DNA of 64,000 nt from Parcubacteria group bacterium GW2011_GWA1_40_21. Its GTDB lineage: Bacteria; Patescibacteriota; Minisyncoccia; Phycocordibacterales; GWA1-40-21. The translations under genes were made by a program, and so were the position numbers. Under the pieces are notes generated by a model. It was not told the DNA's origin, ran no database searches, and worked only from the letters and a program-made list of their open reading frames with translations. Of the stretch, positions 9,830 through 18,532 are shown piece after piece. The stretch covers positions 1,728-65,727 of the forward strand of contig LBYO01000005.1 of assembly GCA_000996205.1 (NCBI GenBank), written 5' to 3'. How positions within the stretch are numbered: position 1 is the first letter of the stretch; every line of letters starts with the position of its first letter.

Positions 9830-9852
9830 CTTTGGACATCCGATGTCCAAAT
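9830..9852. repeat. REP-like palindrome upstream of RAYT
   Basis: tttggacatccgatgtccaaat. Confidence 0.8.
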
Positions 9853-9891
9853 ATTTTGTTTAAAAAGATAATTTTGTGATAACATTGTGGA

Positions 9892-10698
9892 ATGTCGCAA
9901 TATTACAATTCAAAGAGGACCAGAAATCTATTCAGTCCGGAATCACAAGAGCCGTTCAAATTGAGTCGTTCAAAGATTGACCTTTTTATTGAGTGTCCGA
10001 GATGTTTTTATCTGGACCGGCGGCTTGGGGTGGGAAGGCCTCCCGGCTTTCCTTTCACTTTAAACAGCGCGGTGGACTTTTTGCTAAAGAAAGAATTTGA
10101 CATTCACAGAAAACATAAAACTACCCATCCTTTAATGGAAAAATACGGAATAGATGCTGTCCCAATCCAGCATCATGATATGGAAATGTGGAGAGATAAT
10201 TTTGTCGGCATTCAACATCTTCATAAGCCGAGTAATTTTATAATTACTGGCGCGATTGACGATCTTTGGGTGAATAAAAAAGGCGAAGTTATTATCGTTG
10301 ATTACAAAGCGACGAGCAAAGACGAAGAGGTTAATCTTGATGCCGAGTGGCAAGACGGTTATAAGCGGCAGATGGAAGTCTATCAATGGCTTTTCAAGCA
10401 AAACGGATTCACGGTTTCTCCGACGGGATATTTCGTTTACGCCAACGGGCGAAAAGACAAAGAAGCCTTTGATGGAAAACTTGAATTTGAAGTGAGTATA
10501 ATAGCTTATAAAGGGAAAACTGATTGGGTGGAAGGCGTGCTTATTGACGCCCAAAAAACCTTGACCGGCGATTCAATTCCTAAAATAGGAGAGAGGTGTG
10601 ATTATTGCCCTTATCGCAACTCGGCGGGGGAGGCGCTCGCAAAAATAGTAAAAGGAGCAAAAGCGAATTTGAAAACCGAGCCGACATTGTTTAGTTGA
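9892..10698 (+). CDS. PD-(D/E)XK nuclease, Cas4-like, with Cys-rich Fe-S signature (solitary, no CRISPR)
   Basis: N-terminal CPRC, catalytic-core-like D...IVDYK, C-terminal GERCDYCPYRNSAGE cysteines as in Cas4/DUF83. Confidence 0.6.
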   Translation: MSQYYNSKRTRNLFSPESQEPFKLSRSKIDLFIECPRCFYLDRRLGVGRPPGFPFTLNSAVDFLLKKEFDIHRKHKTTHPLMEKYGIDAVPIQHHDMEMWRDNFVGIQHLHKPSNFIITGAIDDLWVNKKGEVIIVDYKATSKDEEVNLDAEWQDGYKRQMEVYQWLFKQNGFTVSPTGYFVYANGRKDKEAFDGKLEFEVSIIAYKGKTDWVEGVLIDAQKTLTGDSIPKIGERCDYCPYRNSAGEALAKIVKGAKANLKTEPTLFS

Positions 10699-11325
10699 TT
10701 GAATTTTATGAATGAGAATAACGAAATTCTGATTTCACATTTGAAAGAAAAAGAATTATTGAATTCTAAAGAATTAGAAAGCGCTTTTCGGATAATTGAC
10801 CGCGCTGATTTTGTGACGGAAGATCACAAAGTAGAAGCTTATGAAGATTATCCTCTTCTCATCGGCTTCGGACAGACGATTTCCCAGCCGACAACGGTGG
10901 CTTTTATGCTTGAGCTTTTGGATTTGGAGAAAGGAGACAAAGCGCTTGATGTTGGTTCCGGTTCCGGATGGACGACCGCCTTAATCGCTGAAATAGTGAA
11001 GCCTCAAGGCAAGGTTTGGGGAGTGGAAATCATACCAGAACTGGTTGAGTTTGGCAGGAAAAATTTGGCAAAACATAAATTGCCGAATGCAGAAATTATT
11101 CAAGCTGGAAAACAGATGGGACTCTCGGAACACGCGCCCTATGATAAAATTCTGGTTTCCGCCGAGGCGGAAGACTTGCCTGATGAGTTGATTAGCCAGC
11201 TCAAAGAAGGCGGCATCATGGTCATACCCATAAGAAATACATTATACAAACTTGAAAAACTTGCAGGAAGCAAGATAAAAGAAACCGCTTTCCCCGGATT
11301 TGTTTTTGTTCCGCTGGTCGGGTAA
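10699..11325 (+). CDS. pcm: protein-L-isoaspartate O-methyltransferase
   Basis: GQTISQP, SAM-binding LDVGSGSGW, overall PCMT length. Confidence 0.85.
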   Translation: MNFMNENNEILISHLKEKELLNSKELESAFRIIDRADFVTEDHKVEAYEDYPLLIGFGQTISQPTTVAFMLELLDLEKGDKALDVGSGSGWTTALIAEIVKPQGKVWGVEIIPELVEFGRKNLAKHKLPNAEIIQAGKQMGLSEHAPYDKILVSAEAEDLPDELISQLKEGGIMVIPIRNTLYKLEKLAGSKIKETAFPGFVFVPLVG

Positions 11326-11383
11326 TATTTATAAAATTCTAAGTGCGAACTAAAAAGCTAACAGCTTATAGATTTTAAAAAAC

Positions 11384-11713
11384 ATGACATTTGAAGAATA
11401 TCAAAAAGAATCAAGAAAAACGGCTTTGTATCCGAACAAAGATAATAATTTCATTTATCCCGTCTTGGGGCTCTGCGGCGAGTCGGGAGAAATAGCCGAG
11501 AAAATCAAGAAAGTGATTCGCGATGAAGCGGGTGTTGTGAGCGAACAGAAAAAAGAAGAAATTAAGAAAGAGCTGGGCGATGTGCTTTGGTATATAAGCC
11601 AAATTGCGACAGAGTTGGGTCTTTCTCTTGACGCCGTGGTCAAGCTGAACATAGAAAAACTGCGATCTCGTCTGGAAAGAAACAAAATTTTCGGAAGTGG
11701 CGACAACCGATAA
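11384..11713 (+). CDS. MazG-like nucleotide pyrophosphohydrolase
   Basis: EE...K...ELGDVLWYISQIA...LGLSLD matches the MazG/NTP-PPase all-alpha fold. Confidence 0.8.
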   Translation: MTFEEYQKESRKTALYPNKDNNFIYPVLGLCGESGEIAEKIKKVIRDEAGVVSEQKKEEIKKELGDVLWYISQIATELGLSLDAVVKLNIEKLRSRLERNKIFGSGDNR

Positions 11714-11755
11714 CTTGCTTTTTGGAGCGGATATTAGAATTTATATCCCTAATAC

Positions 11756-11794
11756 GAAAGGCCTTAATTAGCTCCGTGTTAATTAAGGCCTTTT
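11756..11794. terminator. bidirectional rho-independent terminator
   Basis: ggccttaatta / taattaaggcc 11-bp stem followed by ttttt. Confidence 0.7.
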
Positions 11795-11801
11795 TACTTA
11801 C

Positions 11802-12341
11802 TTACGGGCGACTCATCAGGGATGATTTATGAACCTTTCTTAGAGCAAGGTCTCCCAGAAAATCAAAGAGTTTTTCTATTTTATCAAGCGATGTCTTATC
11901 CGGCTGTTTTCCTTGCGCCATCGTTTCAAAGCAGGTGATGAAACTTTTGACTTCCTTAATATATTCTTCATCATTTTTAGAGAAAGGTAAACCAGATTTA
12001 ATCCAACCCTCAACAAACATTTTCCCGTTTGTTAGATTTTTTATACAAGCGCCAAGAAGAACTTTTTCGCCTTTCCTTACTTTTTTTTCTGCTTCTAAAA
12101 CAGATTCCAAAAAAACTATAACTGATTTTTTAATATATAATATATCTTCATCAGTTGAGTGGCCTTTTTTGAATTCTGTGATTAAAGATCCAACTTCGTT
12201 GGATAAATTTCCAACAGGATACCATTCCTGCCTATCTGACTCAGATAATATATCCATATAATCTCTCTTATAAAATTGTTCTAAAAAATAAAGATTCTTT
12301 CTATTAAAAAGATAACACAAGGATATAAATTTGCAAAACAT
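11802..12341 (-). CDS. hypothetical protein
   Basis: ORF only; likely start at the internal MDIL; no family. Confidence 0.35.
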   Translation of the reverse strand: MFCKFISLCYLFNRKNLYFLEQFYKRDYMDILSESDRQEWYPVGNLSNEVGSLITEFKKGHSTDEDILYIKKSVIVFLESVLEAEKKVRKGEKVLLGACIKNLTNGKMFVEGWIKSGLPFSKNDEEYIKEVKSFITCFETMAQGKQPDKTSLDKIEKLFDFLGDLALRKVHKSSLMSRP

Positions 12342-12470
12342 TGTGTGAGCATATCTTCTTTTTTATTGTTGGAGCGAGCATTCTGTTTTTAAAAGCCTTG
12401 CGCAGGAAATTATCCAGCACTTATTTTAGATTTTCAAAATAAGTGCTGGTTTGATTGACGAGCAGAGAAA

Positions 12471-12533
12471 TCCCTCCTCAGTTTTAATCTTAGAAATTTC
12501 TATTTTCCAAAACTGGGGAGGGATATTCGTGCT
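12471..12533. repeat. hairpin element family C ('tccctcctcagtttta...aaaactggggaggga')
   Basis: about 60-bp near-perfect inverted repeat; homologous copies at 21546 (inside rnpB) and 48147 (nested in a MITE). Confidence 0.7.
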
Positions 12534-12630
12534 TTTAAAAATAGAATGCGAGCGTGTTTAGTGTCGGCGGAGCTGATATCATAACTAAAAAAGAAACCCT
12601 GATGCCCCGCACTCTGGCGCGGGGATTTCT

Positions 12631-14418
12631 TTATCTTCTCCCCGCTTTTGATCTGTCGGTTTTTGTAAGGAGTTTTTTTCGCAGTCTTACGCTTTTAGGA
12701 GTAATTTCCAGATAATCGTCGTCCGTCATTATTTCCAAACCTCGTTCTATATCAACTTCAAGGGCGGGCACAAGCCTTATGGCTTCGTCGGAGCCGGAGG
12801 CTCGCATATTGGTCAGCTGTTTTCCTTTCGTTGGATTGACATCAAGGTCATCGCCTTTTGTCACATTTCCAATTACCATTCCTTCATAGACTTCAACTCC
12901 CGGGGCTATGTATAAGACCCCGCGTTCTTGCAGATTCCAAAGCGCGAAAGCCAGAGCTTTGCCGGGCATCATTGAAACCATTGAACCGTATTCTTGTTTT
13001 TTAATCTCACCGGCGTATTTTTTAAATCCGATGACTCGGCTGCATAATATGCCTTCACCTCTAGTGTCAATTATAAACTGTCCGCGGTACCCCAGAAGTC
13101 CTCTCGTCGGAATTTCAAACAGCAAGCGGACATTGCCGTCTTTCTGCTTCATATCCGTCATTATTCCTCTTCGCTTGTTTATTTTTTCAATGACAGTTCC
13201 CGATACTTCTTCCGGAACATCAATAGTCAGTTCTTCAAATGGCTCCACTTTCTCGCCATCAATTTCTTTAATGATTACTTGCGGTTGCGACACTTGAAGC
13301 TCGTATCCTTCGCGCCGCATATTCTCAAGGAGTATGGCAATATGAAGCTCGCCTCGGCCATAAACCTTAAGCGTATCGCCTGAATCAAAATCCACTTTTA
13401 GTCCCACATTTATCTCCACTTCCTTTTCAAGGCGTTCTCTGATTTGCCGTCCTGTGACAAATTTGCCTTCCTTTCCGGCGAAAGGGGAGTCATTGACCAG
13501 AAAATTGACAGATATCGTCGGCTCATCTATTTTTATTTCGGCTAACGGCTCCTGATTCTCATTTTGCATAATAGTTTCCCCTATATATATGTCGGTCAAG
13601 CCGGCGAGCATAACAATGTCTCCGCTTTCGGCCTCGGCGACTTCTTTTCTCTGCAATCCTTCAAAGGTGAAAAGTTTGGTGATTTTACCCTGTCTTGTTT
13701 CTCCATTAGGCTTTTTTACAAATACAGAACCCCCCGATTTGATTATTCCTTCGTAAACTCTGGCGATAGCCAATCTGCCAAGGAAATTATCATATCCCAA
13801 ATTAAATGGCTGGGCGCGGAAGGGAAGGTCAGTCCCTTTTGAAGCTGGAGGTACTTTTTCAACTATCATATCTAGAAGAGGAGTCAGATCTTTTGATTCA
13901 TCAGTCAAACTGCGCTTGGCAATTCCTTGTCTTCCGATGGCGTAAATCACAGGGAAATTCAATTGCTCGTCATTCGCGCCGAGCTCCATAAACAATTCAA
14001 GCACAAGATCGTGAACTTCAGCCGGTCTTGCTGCTGATTTGTCAATTTTGTTTATTATAACAATAGGTTTCAAACCTAGCTCCAAAGATTTTTTGAGCAC
14101 GAATCTTGTCTGGGGCATCGGACCTTCCTGCGCGTCAACGACAAGAAGCACAGTGTCAATTGAGCGAAGCACTCGCTCCACTTCCGAGCCGAAATCGGCG
14201 TGTCCGGGCGTGTCTACGATGTTGATTTTCCCGCCTTTATAATAGATAGAAGTGTTTTTGGCATAAATAGTGATGCCGCGCTCTTTTTCCAGCGCGTTTG
14301 AATCCATACTGAATCCCTCAGCAAGACTCCCCCCGCCGTTCTGCTTCATCAGAGCGTCAGTAAGCGTCGTTTTCCCATGATCCACATGGGCGATAATGGC
14401 TATATTTCTAATTTCCAT
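12631..14418 (-). CDS. typA: translational GTPase TypA/BipA
   Basis: [33 protein letters not shown]-motifs, ~595 aa. Confidence 0.92.
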   Translation of the reverse strand: MEIRNIAIIAHVDHGKTTLTDALMKQNGGGSLAEGFSMDSNALEKERGITIYAKNTSIYYKGGKINIVDTPGHADFGSEVERVLRSIDTVLLVVDAQEGPMPQTRFVLKKSLELGLKPIVIINKIDKSAARPAEVHDLVLELFMELGANDEQLNFPVIYAIGRQGIAKRSLTDESKDLTPLLDMIVEKVPPASKGTDLPFRAQPFNLGYDNFLGRLAIARVYEGIIKSGGSVFVKKPNGETRQGKITKLFTFEGLQRKEVAEAESGDIVMLAGLTDIYIGETIMQNENQEPLAEIKIDEPTISVNFLVNDSPFAGKEGKFVTGRQIRERLEKEVEINVGLKVDFDSGDTLKVYGRGELHIAILLENMRREGYELQVSQPQVIIKEIDGEKVEPFEELTIDVPEEVSGTVIEKINKRRGIMTDMKQKDGNVRLLFEIPTRGLLGYRGQFIIDTRGEGILCSRVIGFKKYAGEIKKQEYGSMVSMMPGKALAFALWNLQERGVLYIAPGVEVYEGMVIGNVTKGDDLDVNPTKGKQLTNMRASGSDEAIRLVPALEVDIERGLEIMTDDDYLEITPKSVRLRKKLLTKTDRSKAGRR

Positions 14419-14533
14419 AATATTTTGAATAAGTCCGCATTGTAATAGAAAAATTTAATTTTGTCAAAATTTCGTTAGTTATAAAGTCCATCAAGTTTAT
14501 AAAGTTATAAAGCAAGAGATGATGAAAACCACA

Positions 14534-14567
14534 TTTTGGACATCGGATGTCCAAAATGTCCAAAATA
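14534..14567. repeat. REP-like palindrome copy in the typA-pyrH intergenic region
   Basis: tttggacatcggatgtccaaaatgtccaaaat. Confidence 0.7.
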
Positions 14568-14775
14568 ATCTTGATTGCCTGCTCATCTTTACTTTATAAA
14601 CTTGCTTGCCCTGCTGTAGCTTCTAGCGAAGGTTGAGATAACTATTAAGAACTTTACGAACTCATTTCGGTTGCAACGGACGATTCCGTATGCTACTAAT
14701 TTAAATAGTTCGTTCTCTTATTTAAGAGATTACTGAGTATCTTTGACATTTTTTAATAGAGAAAGGTGGTAGATT

Positions 14776-15504
14776 ATGGGCGAGATCAATGTCGGAAGGG
14801 TCAATTGGACGGTAATATCACTTGGCGGTTCGCTGATTGTTCCGAATGAAATAAACACAAATTTTATTTATCAGTTTAAGGAAGTTACTGTGAAGCAAAT
14901 GAATCTGGGCAAGCGGTTTATTATTGTTTGCGGGGGAGGTCGGGTTGCCAGGGATTATCAGAATGCGTATAAAATAATTGCTCCTGTTGCGGACAGTAAT
15001 ATTCTTGACTGGGTAGGGATAAACGCCACCAAACTGAACGCTCAATTCATGGTGGGTGTTTTTGGAGATTTAGCGGACCAAAGAATCATAGATAATCCGA
15101 ACAAAAAAATTAAGACGAAAAATCCGGTTGTTTTTGCCGGCGGATGGAAACCTGGATGGAGTACTGATTATGTCGCTATTCTTTTTGCCAATAATATCGG
15201 CGCGCAAAGAATAATAAACTTGACCAATGTGGACGGTGTCTATGATGTTGGCGAAGACGGTGAGAGAAAAGAATTACTTCACTGTATTACATGGGATCAT
15301 TATATGGCGATGATTCCTAAAAAGTGGACACCCGGGCTCTCTGCGCCATTTGACCCCATAGCTTCAAAAGAGGCGCAGAGAAAAGGCATTGAGGTCGCGG
15401 TGATCGGACAGAATTTAAGAAACTTTGAGCTCTGTCTTGATGGCGAGCGTTTTAAGGGAACGATAATTGTAGGAAATTCCCCCAATTTGTATCCGTATGT
15501 TTAG
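14776..15504 (+). CDS. pyrH: UMP kinase, archaeal type
   Basis: ISLGGSLIVP, IVCGGGRVARDY, TDYVAILFA...INLTNVDGVYD align to archaeal uridylate kinases. Confidence 0.8.
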   Translation: MGEINVGRVNWTVISLGGSLIVPNEINTNFIYQFKEVTVKQMNLGKRFIIVCGGGRVARDYQNAYKIIAPVADSNILDWVGINATKLNAQFMVGVFGDLADQRIIDNPNKKIKTKNPVVFAGGWKPGWSTDYVAILFANNIGAQRIINLTNVDGVYDVGEDGERKELLHCITWDHYMAMIPKKWTPGLSAPFDPIASKEAQRKGIEVAVIGQNLRNFELCLDGERFKGTIIVGNSPNLYPYV

Positions 15505-15580
15505 AATTTCAAAAAGAGAAGGTTGCGCAGGACAGAAGACACATTTTTATATGAATAAAGGTCAGTGAGTGAAAGAAATT

Positions 15581-15666
15581 AAAAAAGGGCAGGCGAACTG
15601 TTAAAATCGCCTGTCCTAATTTTTTTGGCATTAAATCTGTGGGTATCAGATACCCACAGATTTTTT
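15581..15666. terminator. two tandem terminator hairpins between convergent pyrH and pdaD
   Basis: gggcaggcg...cgcctgtcc + ttttttt, then perfect palindrome tctgtgggtatcagatacccacaga + tttttt. Confidence 0.65.
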
Positions 15667-16231
15667 AATGCGCGTTCGGCTGTTCTCCTTCCAAGACGAA
15701 TACTGCTGAAGCAAGAACAGTTGTCCACAAGCCCTCTTTGTGTCCTTGAGCGGTTTGGGTGATGTTGGAAGTGGTGATGAATTTACCGCTGGCTTTGTAT
15801 TGCTTTTCCCTCTCGTCCCAATCTTTATTGGAGTCAAACTCTATACCCAGAGTTGACGCCAGCATTGTCGCCGCCAGGTCTTCGGCGTAATCGCCGGCTC
15901 TTTCCTCGGTATCGCCGAAAGAGTGATGTTCGCTCAAATATCCGTACTGGTTGCTGTCTTTTGGAATTGCCAATCCCACGGACGCGGCGATAAGCCTGTT
16001 CGGCTCATTAGTCGCGTTTCTGCTCATTACGCAGAATCTTATTGATCCCGCCTTCATATATTTGACCCCTTCTTCCTTGGATATTCTTTTAGCTCCGGGA
16101 GGAAAAATACTTGAAACCGTCACTAAATTTTGAGTTTCTATTCCAGCGTCACGGAGCGCCAACTCAAAAGATTGGAGGTAGTCTTTATGCCGACCTACTC
16201 CTTTCGTGAAAAAAACTTTTTGAGGAACCAT
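15665..16231 (-). CDS. pdaD: pyruvoyl-dependent arginine decarboxylase (archaeal PdaD type)
   Basis: VTVSSIFPP self-cleavage Ser-Ser site and [10 protein letters not shown] region match PvlArgDC. Confidence 0.7.
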   Translation of the reverse strand: MVPQKVFFTKGVGRHKDYLQSFELALRDAGIETQNLVTVSSIFPPGAKRISKEEGVKYMKAGSIRFCVMSRNATNEPNRLIAASVGLAIPKDSNQYGYLSEHHSFGDTEERAGDYAEDLAATMLASTLGIEFDSNKDWDEREKQYKASGKFITTSNITQTAQGHKEGLWTTVLASAVFVLEGEQPNAH

Positions 16232-16427
16232 ATGTGATGAAATTTCTAAATCCTAATTTCTAAAAATCGGAAATTATTTTAGAATAAATATTATTTTAAT
16301 AAATTTTAGATTGACCTCGCGGTCTCACTGCGGAAATAATATCAACGATTGTTTTAAAATGCAAAATTATCAGCTTGCGTTGAGTATCAAATTTTTGGGA
16401 TAATAGAAAAGATATATTCTTCTTCTT

Positions 16428-17720
16428 ATGTCGTTGAAACAAGTTAATTCAAAAATTTCCGCGCGCATGTTAAAAAAAAAGAGATTTTTATTTTTCCCTT
16501 TAGAAATAGGACTGGCTCATATCACCAGGTCCATTGCGATTGCGGAAAAAATGATAACGGACGGACACGATGCTTATGTCGTGGTGCCGGGTAAAAAAAT
16601 AGAGCTTTTTAAAGATACCATCGTCACCTTAATTCCCACAGAAATATATGACAATTCAGAAGATTCACATCCCTTGCATAAATTTAGAGATGTTGAGTAT
16701 CTCTATCATATTTCTAAAAAAGAACAGGAAATCATCGAGAAAATTGCGCCGGATTGTGTTGTTGTGGACTATCGATTATCCGCGCTTATTGCCTGTATGA
16801 TGTGCGGCAAAAAAACGGTTTTTATTTCCGACGGAGGCTGGGGTCCCCATGACTTCGCGATGCCTAATCCGGGAATAGAAAAAACAATTTTTAGAACTTT
16901 TGGCTTTGCTGCAGACTTCCTTTTTAAATACTTGAAGGGCAAGTTTATAAAATCATTATTTATTGCGGCAAAAAAAAGAGGTTTCATCGGTTATAAAAAA
17001 GATATTATTCATTCTATTTTGTATATCGCTCCGGAATTTACAAATTATTTGCCGGCTAAAAAATCTTTACCCAAAATTGAATGCGTCGGCCCGATTTTTT
17101 GGAGCGGGTTTGAGCGTTTTGGCGATCAAAGCGTCAAAAACCTAAAACCTGACGGAAAAACGGTATATCTGACATTCGGCGGGACCGGTTTTGACGGTGA
17201 AAAGTTAATTTCTCTTAGTGACGCCATAGCAAAAAAGGGTTACCGTGTTTTAGTGTCATCAAGTATAATCGCGGATGTAAAAAATTTTCCGAAGCACGAT
17301 AAATTATTGCCTTTCAAATTTGTTGACGGGAAGAAAGCTTCCGAAATAGCCGATCTCATAGTTTGCCACGGAGGGTACGGCACAATGATGCAAGCAATGC
17401 TAGCCGGCAAACCGGTAGTGGCAATCCCGTATAATTTCAGTCAACTTATCCACTCTTTAAGATTTCAAGAGCTGGGGCTGGGCAAGTGCGTGTCAAAAAA
17501 AAGCATACGGAATATTGTTTATTTGATTGCCAATATGTGGGAAAGGTTTGAGAGAAATGCAAGAAAAGTTCAAACTCAAGATATTTTAAATGACATAGAA
17601 GAAGTTATGCAAAATTATGAAAAATACAAAAAAAGAATTGAAAAATTTATTGCTAATGATAAATACTGCAATGGAAGTTCCGCGGCGGCGGATTTAATTT
17701 ACGATTTTTTGTCAAAATAG
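16428..17720 (+). CDS. GT1-family glycosyltransferase (MGT/UDP-glycosyltransferase-like)
   Basis: C-terminal VCHGGYGTMMQAMLAGKPVVAIP matches the GT-B nucleotide-sugar binding motif. Confidence 0.65.
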   Translation: MSLKQVNSKISARMLKKKRFLFFPLEIGLAHITRSIAIAEKMITDGHDAYVVVPGKKIELFKDTIVTLIPTEIYDNSEDSHPLHKFRDVEYLYHISKKEQEIIEKIAPDCVVVDYRLSALIACMMCGKKTVFISDGGWGPHDFAMPNPGIEKTIFRTFGFAADFLFKYLKGKFIKSLFIAAKKRGFIGYKKDIIHSILYIAPEFTNYLPAKKSLPKIECVGPIFWSGFERFGDQSVKNLKPDGKTVYLTFGGTGFDGEKLISLSDAIAKKGYRVLVSSSIIADVKNFPKHDKLLPFKFVDGKKASEIADLIVCHGGYGTMMQAMLAGKPVVAIPYNFSQLIHSLRFQELGLGKCVSKKSIRNIVYLIANMWERFERNARKVQTQDILNDIEEVMQNYEKYKKRIEKFIANDKYCNGSSAAADLIYDFLSK

Positions 17721-17771
17721 CCGCTATTAAATTTTTAATCTTGTGATAACATATAAAAATCATAAAAAATA

Positions 17772-18290
17772 TTGAAACCCGAAATGAATTTTTTGAAATT
17801 TTCATTCCTACTCATTTTTATTTCTCTATTAGTTGGTCTTACGCCGACTTTTTTTAAGTTTGCGTTTAACTTGGACAGTATTCAGCCAGCCGAGGCGGTC
17901 TCTTTTAAGACGACAAAAGATACTGGTAAAATTAAATCAATAATTGTCGGAAAGTCTAAAATACCTGTTTATTTGGCGGACACTGAAGAGAAAAGAATAA
18001 AAGGGCTGGGAGGACGGACATCAATTCCTCGCAATTACGGTATGTTTTTTATCTTTGACTATGTCGACTATCAAAATATTTGGATGAAAGATATGCTTTT
18101 CCCGATAGACATAATCTGGATTGATGGAAACAGCAAAATCGTGCACATAGAAAAAAATGTTTCGCCCGATACTTATCCGAAAATTTTCACCGCGCCCGTT
18201 AAAGCGCGCTATGTTTTGGAATTGAACGCCGGAATGTCCGAACTCTATGATTTAAAGATAGGCAAAAAAATTATTTTCGGGTCAAAGTAA
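17772..18290 (+). CDS. DUF192 (COG1430) protein with signal/TM anchor
   Basis: GLGGR...GMFFIF...WMKDMLFPIDIIWID...VLELNAG matches the DUF192 consensus. Confidence 0.75.
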   Translation: MKPEMNFLKFSFLLIFISLLVGLTPTFFKFAFNLDSIQPAEAVSFKTTKDTGKIKSIIVGKSKIPVYLADTEEKRIKGLGGRTSIPRNYGMFFIFDYVDYQNIWMKDMLFPIDIIWIDGNSKIVHIEKNVSPDTYPKIFTAPVKARYVLELNAGMSELYDLKIGKKIIFGSK

Positions 18291-18532
18291 TCTTTTCCAC
18301 AGCTTTATTTCATTTTTTAACAAATTCTAGAACAATATTTGTCCTTTAATTTTTTTTCTTAAAAAAAGTCTTTGCTTCCATTATTTTACAACGGATTTTT
18401 TCATAGAGACTTTACATAAGATATTTTTTAAGCTCAAGTGATACTTTTTACTTGTTTTACACTTCTTTTGTTCTTCTCTTTAAGGTAAAATTAATTGAAA
18501 TATTTTTTATTAGCTGATATTTTTTTAAAATT

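Noticed and set aside
18300-18532. Cobalamin riboswitch upstream of the B12-dependent nrdJ
   Set aside because: No B12-box (GCCACTG-like) or other conserved riboswitch elements were seen. The region is just AT-rich leader.
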